Shown in pieces: positions 10,335 to 22,602 of a DNA stretch of 64,000 bases; the first letter of the stretch is position 1; each line of letters opens with the position of its first letter. The DNA is from Halocafeteria seosinensis (lineage: Eukaryota): assembly GCA_001687465.1 (NCBI GenBank), contig LVLI01000304.1:1-64000 (forward strand). Reading direction: 5' to 3'. The notes under the pieces are model-generated. The model ran no database searches. It was not told where the DNA came from and was given only the letters and a program-made list of their open reading frames with translations. The position numbers and the translations under genes are program-made.

Positions 10335-12855
10335 TCGTCTGCGTTAGAAGGAGCAGCGCATCTCAATCTGCGCGCAGGTCTCGTAATGACTCTGAGACCA
10401 CCTAGGGCTCCTAGACGATGCGGGAATTCCGCGTCGGGACAGGCTACAAACATCTGCAGTTGCTATTTCTGTCCACTAACACTTGGATGCTAGACGAACA
10501 AAACACAGTTAACGTACCATGTTCTTTGGTATTCCCAAATCCACACAAAGTTTGGCGATCAATTGCGGTGAAAATCTTCCCTGTACAAGGAGCAAATCTA
10601 TCCGCAGTTTCGGATATACTAGGTCTAAGAATTGAACATGTTCTTTCAATTGAGTTGGCTCCAAGCGATTTTCCTCTATCACATGGATAATAATCAAGCG
10701 CCCAGTCTGCTCGTTATCCCGAACGTACAGTATGGCTTTGTTAAGCGTGGGCAAGTCATCGCTGCGTATTTCGGAACCTACGTGAAGGAATTAGCCTGGA
10801 CAACCTTCACCAGTAGCGGACTTACTGTTTTGCAAAGAAAATACAAGCTTCTTTGTTTATCTTCCTCACTTGAGAGGTAACTACGTCGGACAGCTTTGCT
10901 CGACATGTGCCCCCTTTGCGAGAATTCAGCCCACCTCCAATGGCCGTCAAGACGACCTTCAATAAGAAAGTTCTATAGAACATTACCGCTACTATCAAGA
11001 GTGTGCAACCAAAGTAGAGAACAAAGTATTGGACCATCTTGGGGTTACGTAGAACGTTTCCGACTAACCCGGCGACCACCAAAAACATTGCTATCGCCGT
11101 TTTCGACCAGGAGGCCGTGATAGTCCTGCGATGTTACCTATATATGATGATATTGTACAAGAATAGTGACTCTAAGTACTAACCGAGGAAGGTCGGGGCG
11201 CTTCCATTTCAGTAGCATGCAGCCCACAGCGAAAAGTGTCATGACGCTCAAGAAGGACACTGTATAGACGCCAGAAAGGGTCGTCACGTTTCCTCCTAGC
11301 AGGAGGTATAGAGAGGAGGCCACCAGGAAGAAACCAATTATAATGTAGTGATTGGTCTTGCGAAATCGGTTTTGTTTCAATAAGAATGCGGGCAAACATC
11401 TATCCATGGCCATGCGCCTTGCCAGTCCGCACACCCCCTGCGACTTGAGTATATCCGAGAGAGTGATAGCCTCAGCTTCATTTGTTTTTTTCAAACTTAC
11501 CACGTAAGATGTTAGAACAGCTCCTGACAACACAATAAACGCATCCAGGGAGATGATTATCTTGAACGCATTGCCGCCCACAACATAAGCCAGGTGTGAT
11601 AGTAAGTCCTCCTGGTGATGATAAATTTCTTCTAGCTTAATATTCGCCATAGATAGAAACGACAGCAAAGGATTGAGAATAATCACCGCGATCCACATAT
11701 TTCGTAAAGTTTTGGGGAACACCCCTTCTTTCTGCTCTTCAATGAAGTTTGCGGACGTTTCGAATCCACTAAGCCCTAGCATCGCAGAGCTAGTGCCAAA
11801 GAATAAGGCGGAGACCCACGTGACGCTACTAGCGCTGGTCAGCGCGGGCGGAGCTGGCTCATTCATCCAATTCTCATGAAGGATTTGGGGCCCGTTTCTG
11901 AAAAGATGGACAAAACTCGCAATTATCAAAGCAGATAATGTTAGCATGTGCATGGTAAAGATTGTCTGCGAGGAAATGAAGATCATTTGACCCTAGAAGA
12001 CTCTTAAGCAGAAGAATGGACACGTAACATACCAATGCTACCCCTGCTGATTCTCCAACACCCCATAGCACTAATCCAGCAAATATAAAGAGAACTGCAA
12101 TGGTAGCCGCTTCAATCGACAGACTATCCCAGATTCCACTTAGATACACGCATGCGTCGGATCCAGAAACAACCCCCGTAGCGATGTAGCTGAGTAGCGT
12201 CAAACATGCAGCCAGGGAAGCCACGCCCTTCGTAGTCGAGTTCAAGAGAACGTTGTAGGCACCCCCGTTAACGGGTAACGCTGTTCCAACCTCTCCGTAA
12301 ATTGCTCTAAACAAGTACAACATTATGCCCACTATAAGTAACGCGATTGGTGCTAGTCGTCCTGCTGCCGCCGCACACAAGCCGCTTACGTATAGACAGG
12401 AACTTGTGATATCATTTCCAGATATGGCAGTAGATGTCCACTGTCCCAGTTTTGTCTGCCCAACTGCAGATTCTGCACGAAAACATGACATTTGTCTGAA
12501 GTAGACCAATTTGCACGAACCGCATACCCTTTAGTTGCATGTCTGATCCTGACGACGAAAAACTCTGTCCATGAGGGCCTTCAGCACCGTTGAGCTCTAT
12601 GCCGCTTTCGTTGTAGTCTTTGTACGTGACTGTTCCCCATCCCGGGAATTGCCATGTTTCCATGGAATCTGAAAACATTCTCAACGGGTATATTCAACCA
12701 GTTTGTTGATTAAAGATACATCGAACGCACGCACCTGGATGGGGTCTGGACGCGATCGCCACATCATCCACATCTTCCACAAACTGATTTCGCTGGCCTG
12801 AACTTTCGTCTAAGAAAGGATGGTAGCCGTCACCGCCACTTCCACTTCGGTGCAT
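10313..12855 (-). CDS. APC-superfamily amino-acid permease, multi-exon
   Basis: LGQWTSTAISGNDITSSCLY, PVNGGAYNVLLN, GLSGFETSANFIEEQ..VFPKTLRNMW, many TM segments; last exon MFVACPDAEFPHRLGALGGLRVI...* ends at 10313. Start codon tentative. Confidence 0.88.
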
Positions 12856-13395
12856 GTTTCCACGTAGAAAAGAAGAAAGCCTCAATTGCTAAACAAATAA
12901 TTAATTGGGAGTATCCTCGAGTATCCGTACTCAGGCCCAATGGGATATGATTACCGGAGAAAATCCCTCAGCATACAAATACCGCAAGCTGCATTCACCA
13001 TGCGCCGCTTTCTCCGTTTCTCCGAGCACAACCTCTGGACAAAACGCACACTAACAAAGTACTCGGGCCTGTATAATGGCAAATCAGACACCCACAAGCC
13101 AAAAATGAAATAATCCGCTCCCGTCTACAAGCGTTTGCATGCTAGGTTGGCACTCAAGCAGTAGTGTGTACACAGTACACGTATACTGAAATGGGATATG
13201 TGCCTGTACGACCAGCCATATCAAACCTGAACGGTTGATGCCATGTAACCTTGCCAATGGAGGTGCCACCCCACACACGGCCTCTGTGAACTTTCAAGTC
13301 TGCAGGAAGGATTGTTGCAGCAGGGGGGATTCCATGGAATCGCTTGTACTGAGTGTCTTGAAGGGGGGTTAAGAGGGAAAATCACTCGGCTGTCA

Positions 13396-14801
13396 ATGGA
13401 CTGGGTTACCCGCATTGCACCGGCTGTTCAAAGCATTATAAGGACGTTGGAATTGGCGGACGCGCGGGGAGCTGCCACCGCCTCGCTAGGATCACATGGT
13501 AAATTGATACATTTTGTCTTGTGCTGAACTTGGGGCGGGGGCAAACATACTGTTGTATTCTTGAATGTATCCCTGCAGGATATTACCGATGGAACGACAT
13601 TGTTTACGCGAGAGCAACAGCACCACCGAACCAGCAGTGGAAGGAGGCTGGTAGGAACCGGCCACACGCACAAGTCGTCTACCCATCCAGGACAATAGCA
13701 AGTATTTCGGAGGAGGAAAACGAAGAACAAAGTAGCTCACAACATGCGATTGAGGATACCAATAAACAGATGCTGTCTCATCACCCAAAGCATCGACTGG
13801 ATCTGTTCGTCCCTGACGGGTCCGTCGAGCGATTCCCACGGCGATCGCTTCCCGTAGTTTTGTTTGTTCATGGAGGAGCGTGGATTCAAGGCGATAAGCA
13901 ACACCGCGGTAATACATATTCGAATGTTGGTATAGCGTTTGCCCGGTCCGGGATGGTAGGAGCTGTCACTAACTACCGGCTCTCTCCGGAAGTAGGAGTT
14001 TGGGATCAGCTAAGAGACCTGGCAGCAGCTGTGGGTTTCCTCCGGCAGCATGCGAAAAAGTTTGGTGGTGATCCCAAAAGGTTGGTATTAGTGGGCCACA
14101 GCGCCGGTTCTCACCTGGCAACCCTACTGGCATGTCAGCCTCGATGGTTAAAGGAAATAGGTGAACTTGGGGAACCGGAGAATTTCATCAAGGCTATCGT
14201 GAACATCAGTGGGGTTTATAACATTACAAGACTTGCAGCTACACCATTGGGACCGCGACTCATATTCCCTACGTTTTCATCCGACCCCTTCATGTGGCGA
14301 TTGGCGTCTCCTACCCACAACATCGATGACAATTCATCTCTGCTAAGGATACCAATGCTCCTTCTGAACGCAACAGATGACCTACACTTGGAGCAAGATT
14401 CAGAAGAGCTATTCTTCAGAGGAATGGCGACGAACGGCAGCCAAAAGCTTGAGGATTACTGCCATGTAACTCCATTGACACCGGCAGACGTTTCCAACAG
14501 AGAGCAGTGGGATATGAGTATTTGGCCGAATACATCAACGTGGATTCCAGAAAAGCCACTGACTGCTGCTATGGAATTGATTCAGCAGGCATACCCTTCC
14601 AATGCTTCGACAGATGCATTTCATACTCATTCGCACAGTGAAGAAGGCGTGATCAGTCGTTTCTCCACCAGAGAAAACGCAAACTGGTGGAAAGCTGTCC
14701 TCGAAAATTGTAATCATGTTAGCATTGTAACAAATATTGGCTCAGCAAACGACCCGTGTAGTGGAATCATTCAAGAGTTTTTGAAAGAAGAAGTGTGGTG
14801 A
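13396..14801 (+). CDS. Alpha/beta-hydrolase (HSL/carboxylesterase-like; kynurenine formamidase / prenylcysteine methylesterase group)
   Basis: PVVLFVHGGAW oxyanion motif, NYRLSP, nucleophile GHSAG, candidate Asp (ATDD) and His (NCNH). Intron at ~13499-13578; 5' end uncertain. Confidence 0.85.
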
Positions 14802-15532
14802 ATCGCTCTTTTTTGGGTTTGCTACTGCATTGATGATATCTTCATCCTTATCAGCCCTGGAGCGCCCCCACATGAAGCTTCAACGCTATACCCAGAGAGA
14901 TTCTATACGTCTTAGGTCGATGGACAGAAATCACATTGCTCAGAATGACGAGGCGTGGCCAAGCTGCACGTAACACTCCGTTGTTCTTCATTAACCTGTC
15001 TATTGGGCACTGTTCCTCCAGGTGTGGAGAAGACGGGATCGCAGTTGGAGAGTATTTGTTTTTCCGGCCTTAATCCTGCTTACCGCCACACCGCAGCTCC
15101 CGGTTCTAAGCAGGTGATCAGATATATTTTGCAACGCAGTTGCAGACGGAGGAGTTATGCTACATGCTACAGGAATGAGTAAAGACGTTGCATTCATGGA
15201 AAAGAAGTTTTCGTAGCTCAGGAGAAGAAAAGAGAATGTTTCACCAAGGGCTAGGATAGCTCGTCTCGCCTGACAGAGGCTCAACTGACGTTGTATTAGA
15301 TTCCGACAAGCGGGTCCAAGCTGGACGCAACTCGCCGTACAATTTTCCCATATTCTGATGGCACAAGGTGTGTTGCATTGCGTCCATGCGCCCAATTTTT
15401 TGAAGATAGAAAAGGCGACGATTGTGACGTACTGGTATGGTCCAGTGGTAAGTCACCCCGTAGGTGCAGCAACTCCGTCTGAAAGGGAAGTCCTCAGTAA
15501 GAATTGCTGTTACATCCCGTCGAATCCCCGTG

Positions 15533-16676
15533 CTACGAAACTGCCGCAGAAGGAGACGGCCCAAACCATCTTGCGTACTCTTCCAAGTGTTGTTTGCAGT
15601 TAAGAGACATATTGGCTACGTACTCGTACAATTCTATATCTAAAGCGTTTACCTCTAATAGGTAATCTACCTGGGGGCCGTTCAACGGCAGGAACGGCTT
15701 CTTCTTATTCACGTTAGCACGAGAAAATTTCCTGGAAGACCACAGGGTCACAATCCTTAAACATTCTTGTGTCATCTCACTACCTACGTGCTCAAGTGCA
15801 AAAACGCCTGCAAAATAGTGTCGAAGCTTGTGCTTAGCCTGCTCCAAATGCTCTCTTGTAATCCTGAACGGAGGGAGCAAGAAAACTGACGGACCCAAAA
15901 GAAAACGGATGTAGTAGTTATCAAAGTACTGTTTGAGTGCTGCATGCTTTTTGTCAAAGGAAGCCTTTTTCCCACCCTGCAGCCAAGTAACCACCCTTCG
16001 CATATCCGCGCGATGCTCTCGCAGATGGCTGCTTATCCTGGCCAGTGGCTCTCGGAAGAGAGCCACATACCTGAAGTTTTCTGGGCATAGTTCAGGCTCC
16101 AGGAAAGTTTCTAGAGCCAAGAATGTGTGCTTTCGAAGAATACTGACTCTTCTAGTACAATTAAGCTCAGCAAATGCCTGCGCACGCTTCAGTTGCCCTG
16201 GACGGAGTGCCTGAGCTGTTTGCTTCGGGAAATCACAGTTGTTGCCGATACGGCCTGGAACTCGCTCGTGGTTACGCCTTGCAATCTTGCACATGGATGT
16301 GCCTCCACATTTGTGGAAATGGCAAAACCGGATCGGCAAGCGACCCTTCCGGTCTGTCCGTCGCAGCAGATCTATAGCGTTCCCTTTGCCGTTCGTCGTA
16401 GTGCCTGTAGAGTACGTATCTTTGTCAGCCGCGCTTGAATTGGAAGGCAAATGTGTTGGAGAATAAAAACCCCAAGTTGGAGGGTTTGCTTTAAAGGCTC
16501 GAAATGACACAATACAAGCAATCAAAGCTGTCGCAACGAGAGCACCTGAAACACTTTTTTCAAGAACCATTCCGTGAAACCCGTGGTGAGCTGCGCCAAA
16601 AAGACCATGCGGCTCTTTAATTGAGTGGTTACCGGTTCCACTGAGAGCTACTACGATACTGCTGATATCATGCATG
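15533..16676 (-). CDS. Type II membrane (Golgi-type) sulfotransferase
   Basis: N-terminal TM (ALVATALIACIVSF), 5'-PSB motif FCHFHKCGGTS, 3'-PB motif FREPLARISS, C-terminal NALDIELYEY. Start uncertain (16676 or ~16570). Confidence 0.82.
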
Positions 16677-16968
16677 CATCGGTCGCTGACGAGCACCAGA
16701 GGACTGCAGACACAGCGATCAGCGAGCAAGACAGAAGTTCACAGAACACTAGCCGGTGTGAAGCCGTCGACGACGTCGTGCGGAAAAAACAGACGCGATT
16801 CACGGCGAAAAGTTTGTCGTTTTTGCCAAAGTGATTGCTTCCGAAGCCAATGGCATGCTGCAAGGCTTGAAGGCTTCGGTAGTAGTTTTCTGTTGTTTGA
16901 TGAATATATTTCTTATGAGTGCATTGATATAATAGTTTTATACGACAGAATACGAACGTTCGTAAGCA

Positions 16969-19900
16969 ATGAATGGGTCCACAGATGGAGCTCCTCCTCC
17001 GTCGTTGCCACTCAGCGAGGAGGGGCAAGGCCGAATGCTCTCTATTGAGGACCTGATCCCTCTATGGCAACTCGTTGATCTTTATATTGGTATGTTAGGG
17101 TATGCACATTCTAATTGCCGTTTTGGTTGTTATTTGGAGTGGTGTGAATGGACGAAACACAGACTTGAAAGAAAAGACAATTCTTGGCTACACCCATCTC
17201 ATTGCCACTTTTGACGGAGACCATCCATCAAGGTTGGTGCAATATAGGGCTCCTAGATGAAATGAGTGTTTATATTTTCTTAAAATGTCTGCTCTTAGTT
17301 ACAGTATACGGCTTCACGCTCCGAGGGATTCTGTGAAAACGATTCGCTTGAATGGGACGAATGCCACATTTTCTCAAGAGTGTATAGTCCGAAGCAAGAC
17401 GCAAAATAGTTCACTAACGGAGTTTGAAGTGGATAGCTATCGCGATGCCGCAGTCGATCAGAGGGGAAACTATAAGATAGATGTCCCGGGGGCAATCTTT
17501 GATAGGAGCACCGATGGTTCCAGCGAAAGGCACGCTTCGTTTCTGCATGTGGAAGTTGAATTTGACATTGATGAGACTTCCGAAGGTGTGCATTTTTACG
17601 AAACGCGTGGTAGCTCTTTAGGAAGCAACGAAGGCTTGGCTCCAAAGGTTAACAGGTTTTGTATTGTTGGAGCTCCCCACCAACCTCTCAGCAGTACTCA
17701 CAGTACAACATCCATGGGTAGTACGTGGCTACCCTGCATTGATAGAAAGGACAGAATGTATTTATGGGAAATGAGAATCACTCCCGCGTGGAATGACTGC
17801 CCTCTCAGTCGTGAAGACTCGGTTGCTATTGGTAGTGGTGACTTCGTATCGATGCTCTCCTTGGATTCTTGGGGCCGTCGAGGCAATGAGGTCGCTTCAG
17901 CGCATGGCCGGAAAGGTCCCTATTCTTGCTATGTATCGCGAAGTCAGCTGGCTGTTCCAGCGTCAGCGATTGGGGGTGTTGTTGGTCCGTATTCCACGTT
18001 GCATCAAGGACGGCATGAGAGAGCCAAGGACGCTCTGCACGTATATAAGGGTGTGAATGCTCTGTCAAGGCCCGACAGTTCTAAGGAGGATAGCGAGCAA
18101 CTACCACCAGGTGGCGATGTGAATTTCTTTCTGCCTCACCTTCCCGTGCGCAAAGGGCTTGGGACTCTTTCAATAGATGACGCAGAGCAAATCAAGGTGT
18201 ATCCTCCCCCTGATGATGTCTTCTTTTCTTTGCCGCCTGTGGACACTCTGCTCTCGTTAGCTACCCCGCATGAGAACCAGGCGGTAAATAGGCAACGCGA
18301 GCATGGAGGGCCGCTACCTGCTGACTTCAAGTATTGTTTGCGTTTCGTTGAACGCTTTACTCAGATGCCACTTCCGTCCAAGTCATTCTCCGCAGTGTAT
18401 GTTCCGAACTTTTATGCTCCCGGTTCGTTTAAGAGTGTATCTTCCCTGGGCCTATGTAGCTCCTCCTTAGTATGGGGCTCAGAAGACTGTGGGTGCACTG
18501 AGGTAGCGCACATGGAAGGTGTTTCAGTTCTTCCAAGTGAATGTCTTGCATCAGCAATGAATATAGAAACAGTGTTAGAACAACGGAGGCTGCAAGTGCT
18601 AGCAGCTTTGTCAAGTTGGTTTAGCTGTACTGGCGGTGGCATGGTTGCACCCATGGACTGTAGTGATGAGTGGCTAGTTAAAGGACTGTCGGGGTATATT
18701 GGTTGGAAATATCTTAAAGCTATTTGTGGTGAATCCGAATACCAGTATCAAGTTTACTCCGCTAACAGAAACGTGTGTCTATTGGAAGAACGTTACCCTT
18801 CGCTTCCTCCCCTGTGCTCTCAAGGAAATGAGGACAACGAAGCACTGAAGGGTCTCAGTCGCCCCCCTCATTACGAGAAACTGGTGAGCTTAAAAGCCCC
18901 CCTGGTGTGTCATTGTCTTGCAGGGCTGGTGGGTGAAGAGCGCTTTGAGAAAGCTGTTCAACAGAGCATTATGCGAGTCTTTTATTCGCGAAATCAACTT
19001 AAGCACGCTATCCTCAATACGTTGAATGTCGGAGGATACAGTGATCTAACAACTCTCTCTCCTACTCAAATTGATAATGTCCTGAGTGTGCCCGGCAAGC
19101 TGCCGAAGAACCTGGGTTTCCCGTTGGAGTCTCTTGGCGTGAAACCTTCTTCGGTGAACGAGCCAACGGCGTGCTCAACGCCTTATCAAGTAATCCCTTC
19201 CCACATTTGGTCACAGGACGATTTCAGTCCTTGCTTTTCTCTATCGACGGAAAAATTCCTCCTAAACTTAGCCCAAGTCTGTGGTGCCACACTTCACTCA
19301 CCGATAAGAAATTTTGCAGACTGTTGGATATATAGCAGAGGAACAAGTTTCCTGAACGCTGGATGGTACTTCCGTAGAGAAGATAACCGGGTTGACCTCT
19401 CCGTGGAACAAGTTGTTCGCCCTGGGCAGCTAACGTTTAAAGGAGAGCTACCGATCCGCGTGGTGGAAGCCGGCGAAGAGCACTTGCACAAAGTGCAAGT
19501 GAAAGGGTGTCGTCATCTGTTCGGCCTACATTGTCAAAGAAGTACACGCAAGAGCTCGGAGCGAAAACCTTATAAGAAGTCAGGAGCCGCCTTGGGTAAA
19601 GTCGGGGTATCTGGCTCTGGTAGCTCGCGTGACCTCGTGAACGATACCCCGGTGTCGTGGATTGTAGTGGATCCAAATATACGTTGGATCCGTCGTATCA
19701 AGCTTTTGCTTCCAGCTATCCTGTGGAAGGAAATGTTGGAGCATGACAAGAACGTGATATCGCAATTGGAAGCCATCAACGCCATAGCAAATATGACGAC
19801 ACGGACCTATTCTCGAGAGAGTCGAAGCGGAGAGGCTGGTGGCGAGTCAAGACCCAGAAAAAGGCCATCTGGAACCAAATTTTACAAAGAAGGCATAACT

Positions 19901-22114
19901 CAGGAAGTGCAACAACACCTGCTGGATACCCTTCTTCGAGTCGCCACTAAGTATGATATGACTCAGGGTGGACACTATTTTCGAGTTAGGGCTGCCGCTG
20001 TAGAGGCTCTGGCAGTTTGGCAGAATCGTCGGATGCCTCCGTCAACTATCCCTACGATGAAATCGTCGAAGATAGAAAATGGTCGAATTGTATCTGAAGA
20101 TGGTTTGACGAAAATGATCCGCTTATACAAGTATCTCTTTGTTGAAGGAAGCAAAGCGAAATTCCCTTTACAAACCCAGTTTAAAGTGGAAAAGAACATC
20201 AGTTCACGAAAGAATAAGATGAAAAAGGGGTCTGCTGTTTCCGATGGTACCACTCCCACGACGACGACCCAAAGTAGCTCTCGTGCAGCCACGGACAATG
20301 GGACGAGTGACGCAAAAACAGGGAAAGCGAGTTTTTCCCCGTATACCGAAAAACAGGAGAAAGGGCCCGACCAGCCTATCAAATCAAAAAGAGGTAGACA
20401 GGGGACAGGAACTGTGGGAAAGCGATCTGAAAACGTCCCATTGTTGGAACAATTGAAAGATCACCCAGAAGAGCGACCAAAGCCGATAACAATGTTGCCT
20501 CGTGAAAATGCTACAGCTGGCCAGGATGAAGTAGTGGAGCTACGCGCACTGTACGAAGTTCAGAAATCCCTGCTCAGAGCTATATCCAGGGTGCGCTGTA
20601 GCGACGGATTTACCCCGGAAATTGTAATCAGATTCCTGTTGATGTTGGCGGAACGTGCAGAGTGGGAAACAGTCGATGTGTCTGTTGATTCGGCTGTTTT
20701 CTACTCAGTAGTGGTTGATGCTCTCTGTCGTGCTTACGCCGATAGCTCCGTAGTCAGAAGATACAGAAAGCGAGTTGTCTCTTTTGTTAAGGGTCTTCTT
20801 GCTCGCGAGACACTACGGTTCCAGCAACAAACGAGAAGAGAAGGAGGGAATACGCAAGAGTATTTTCTAGAGGAAACAAGTAATGGCGAGCTTGCAGCGT
20901 GTACGGAGGGTCTCATTGCCAGCACATGTATTCGAGGATTATGCGCCATGCTTTGTCGGGGTGTAGAAGAGGAAAACATTATAAACTTCGATTACTATCT
21001 TTCCAGCAGTTTTCCTCCGAAAGTCCAAACCGCTGCCTTTGACGCGTTACTGACGTTGAATCTGGAAAGGGTCCGCATTGTCGAGAATCCTCCTTCTTGG
21101 CTGGTTGATGGAGTTCATAGTGGACAGAAGTTGGAGGAACTTGCACCCACTGATGCCGACCGGAAAGATCAGCTGCGTGCTTGGTTTTCAAAGTGCAAAG
21201 CAATCTTATTGCATTGGACATCCTCTTTCCTGACGCTCTTACACTGGATTGGCGCTTGTACCGATGATCGAATAAAGACGTACTACCTTACCCGGTTGTT
21301 CGAGCTACAAAAGGATACGGATGGGGACAAGCGTTTTAGCATTGCAAACGTTGACCTTATAGACTTACGACTGAAGCCATACATGTCGGACGCGGAACTT
21401 TACGAATACAAGAGGGAATGCAAAATCTTGTCATTTTACATAGGACTTGCTGGTCTATCACGTCGGGCTGCGGGCCTTGCAGTTGGCATAGAAGAGCCCG
21501 AAAGTGTGCTTGTACCGGCTAGTCTTCATACCATCCTGGGAGTCTTTTCTGACAGACCAAGTGCGAGAGGCGCCCTATTTCCCCTTGGTGAGCCTTCTGT
21601 TATTGCTGCGGTAAAGATTCTTTCGAGTATCGAGGGCTCTGAAGATAAATCGGAAGCTGTCGCTGTTGCAGAGTGCGCCGAGAAATCGGTTGAATATCTG
21701 AGCGCCCTTATTCGTTCGCAATGTTCCTTAACCTCCCGTCAGCGGAGAATTATTTTCCATATCTGGCACAGCATATGGGGGAGGAACGTTCCATTGACGA
21801 ACGTCTCTCTTAAGGAACACATTGATTCGAGTGCTAATAGCGAAGTGCTTCGGTTGTTGCAAGAACAGCGGGCTCTAACTGCATGGTCCCGTCGAGTGGC
21901 GGCACAGCGTGCTCTCATGGAGTTTCAGCAAGAAGAGATCGAATACGAAAACTTGGTCTACAAGCTGGCGGACTTTATTAATCGAGAGCCCGACAAGCCC
22001 CAACACACACCATCTACTTCGTCCACTCCGTATACGAACGGCAGAAAGCGGGGGCTTGGAGATGTTCCTAGCACGACAATTTCGATAAAGCGTTCGAGAT
22101 ATCAGCAGGAGTAG
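16969..22114 (+). CDS. TAF2: TFIID subunit 2 (aminopeptidase-M1-like fold)
   Basis: WLPCID..YLWEMRIT, DEWLVKGLSGYI, WIYSRG, PVSWIVVDPNIRWI, LEHDKNVISQLEAI, YFRVRAAA. Two short 5' exons (QLVDLYI/DLKEKTILGYTHL) splice into ORF 17285..22114. Confidence 0.88.
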
Positions 22115-22602
22115 ATAGATATGTATTATTGATGCTGATTACACCGAACGGCCGGGGGCGAGTATGAAGATCCGGCTACGTACCACAGGGAGAGAATACT
22201 GTAGTTTCCTAGTGAGTACTAGTACTATCCCACCCCCCTAAAAAATGACATATGTAGCACTTGTTCTACTTGAGTATGAAATTTCTGCTTTATATGTCGT
22301 ATCATACCAAGTTACTGCTGGCGGAGTACAAAGTTTGCAACAAATACAGGGAAAATATTTTCAACATTTTTCTTGTGCTTGTGCATTACTTGTCTTCTCT
22401 GGAGCCATACATTGATCACTTCCAATTCGCTGTCTGATAGCGTTGGCTACAAAATGCCTTGTTGACTAGCGACAGCGGCAGTGTCCTGCGGATTTGTCGG
22501 CCAGTTGTTTTGCGGGACGGGATTACTAGCCGGGCATCGGTACGATAGGATTGTGGATGCACAGGATAAGATAGATACAGATAAGATAGCCCGTTAAGCA
22601 GT

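Noticed and set aside
14820..15520. Possible small gene or extra sulfotransferase exons
   Set aside because: Splice-like signals are present, but no consistent reading frame or recognisable motif could be built.
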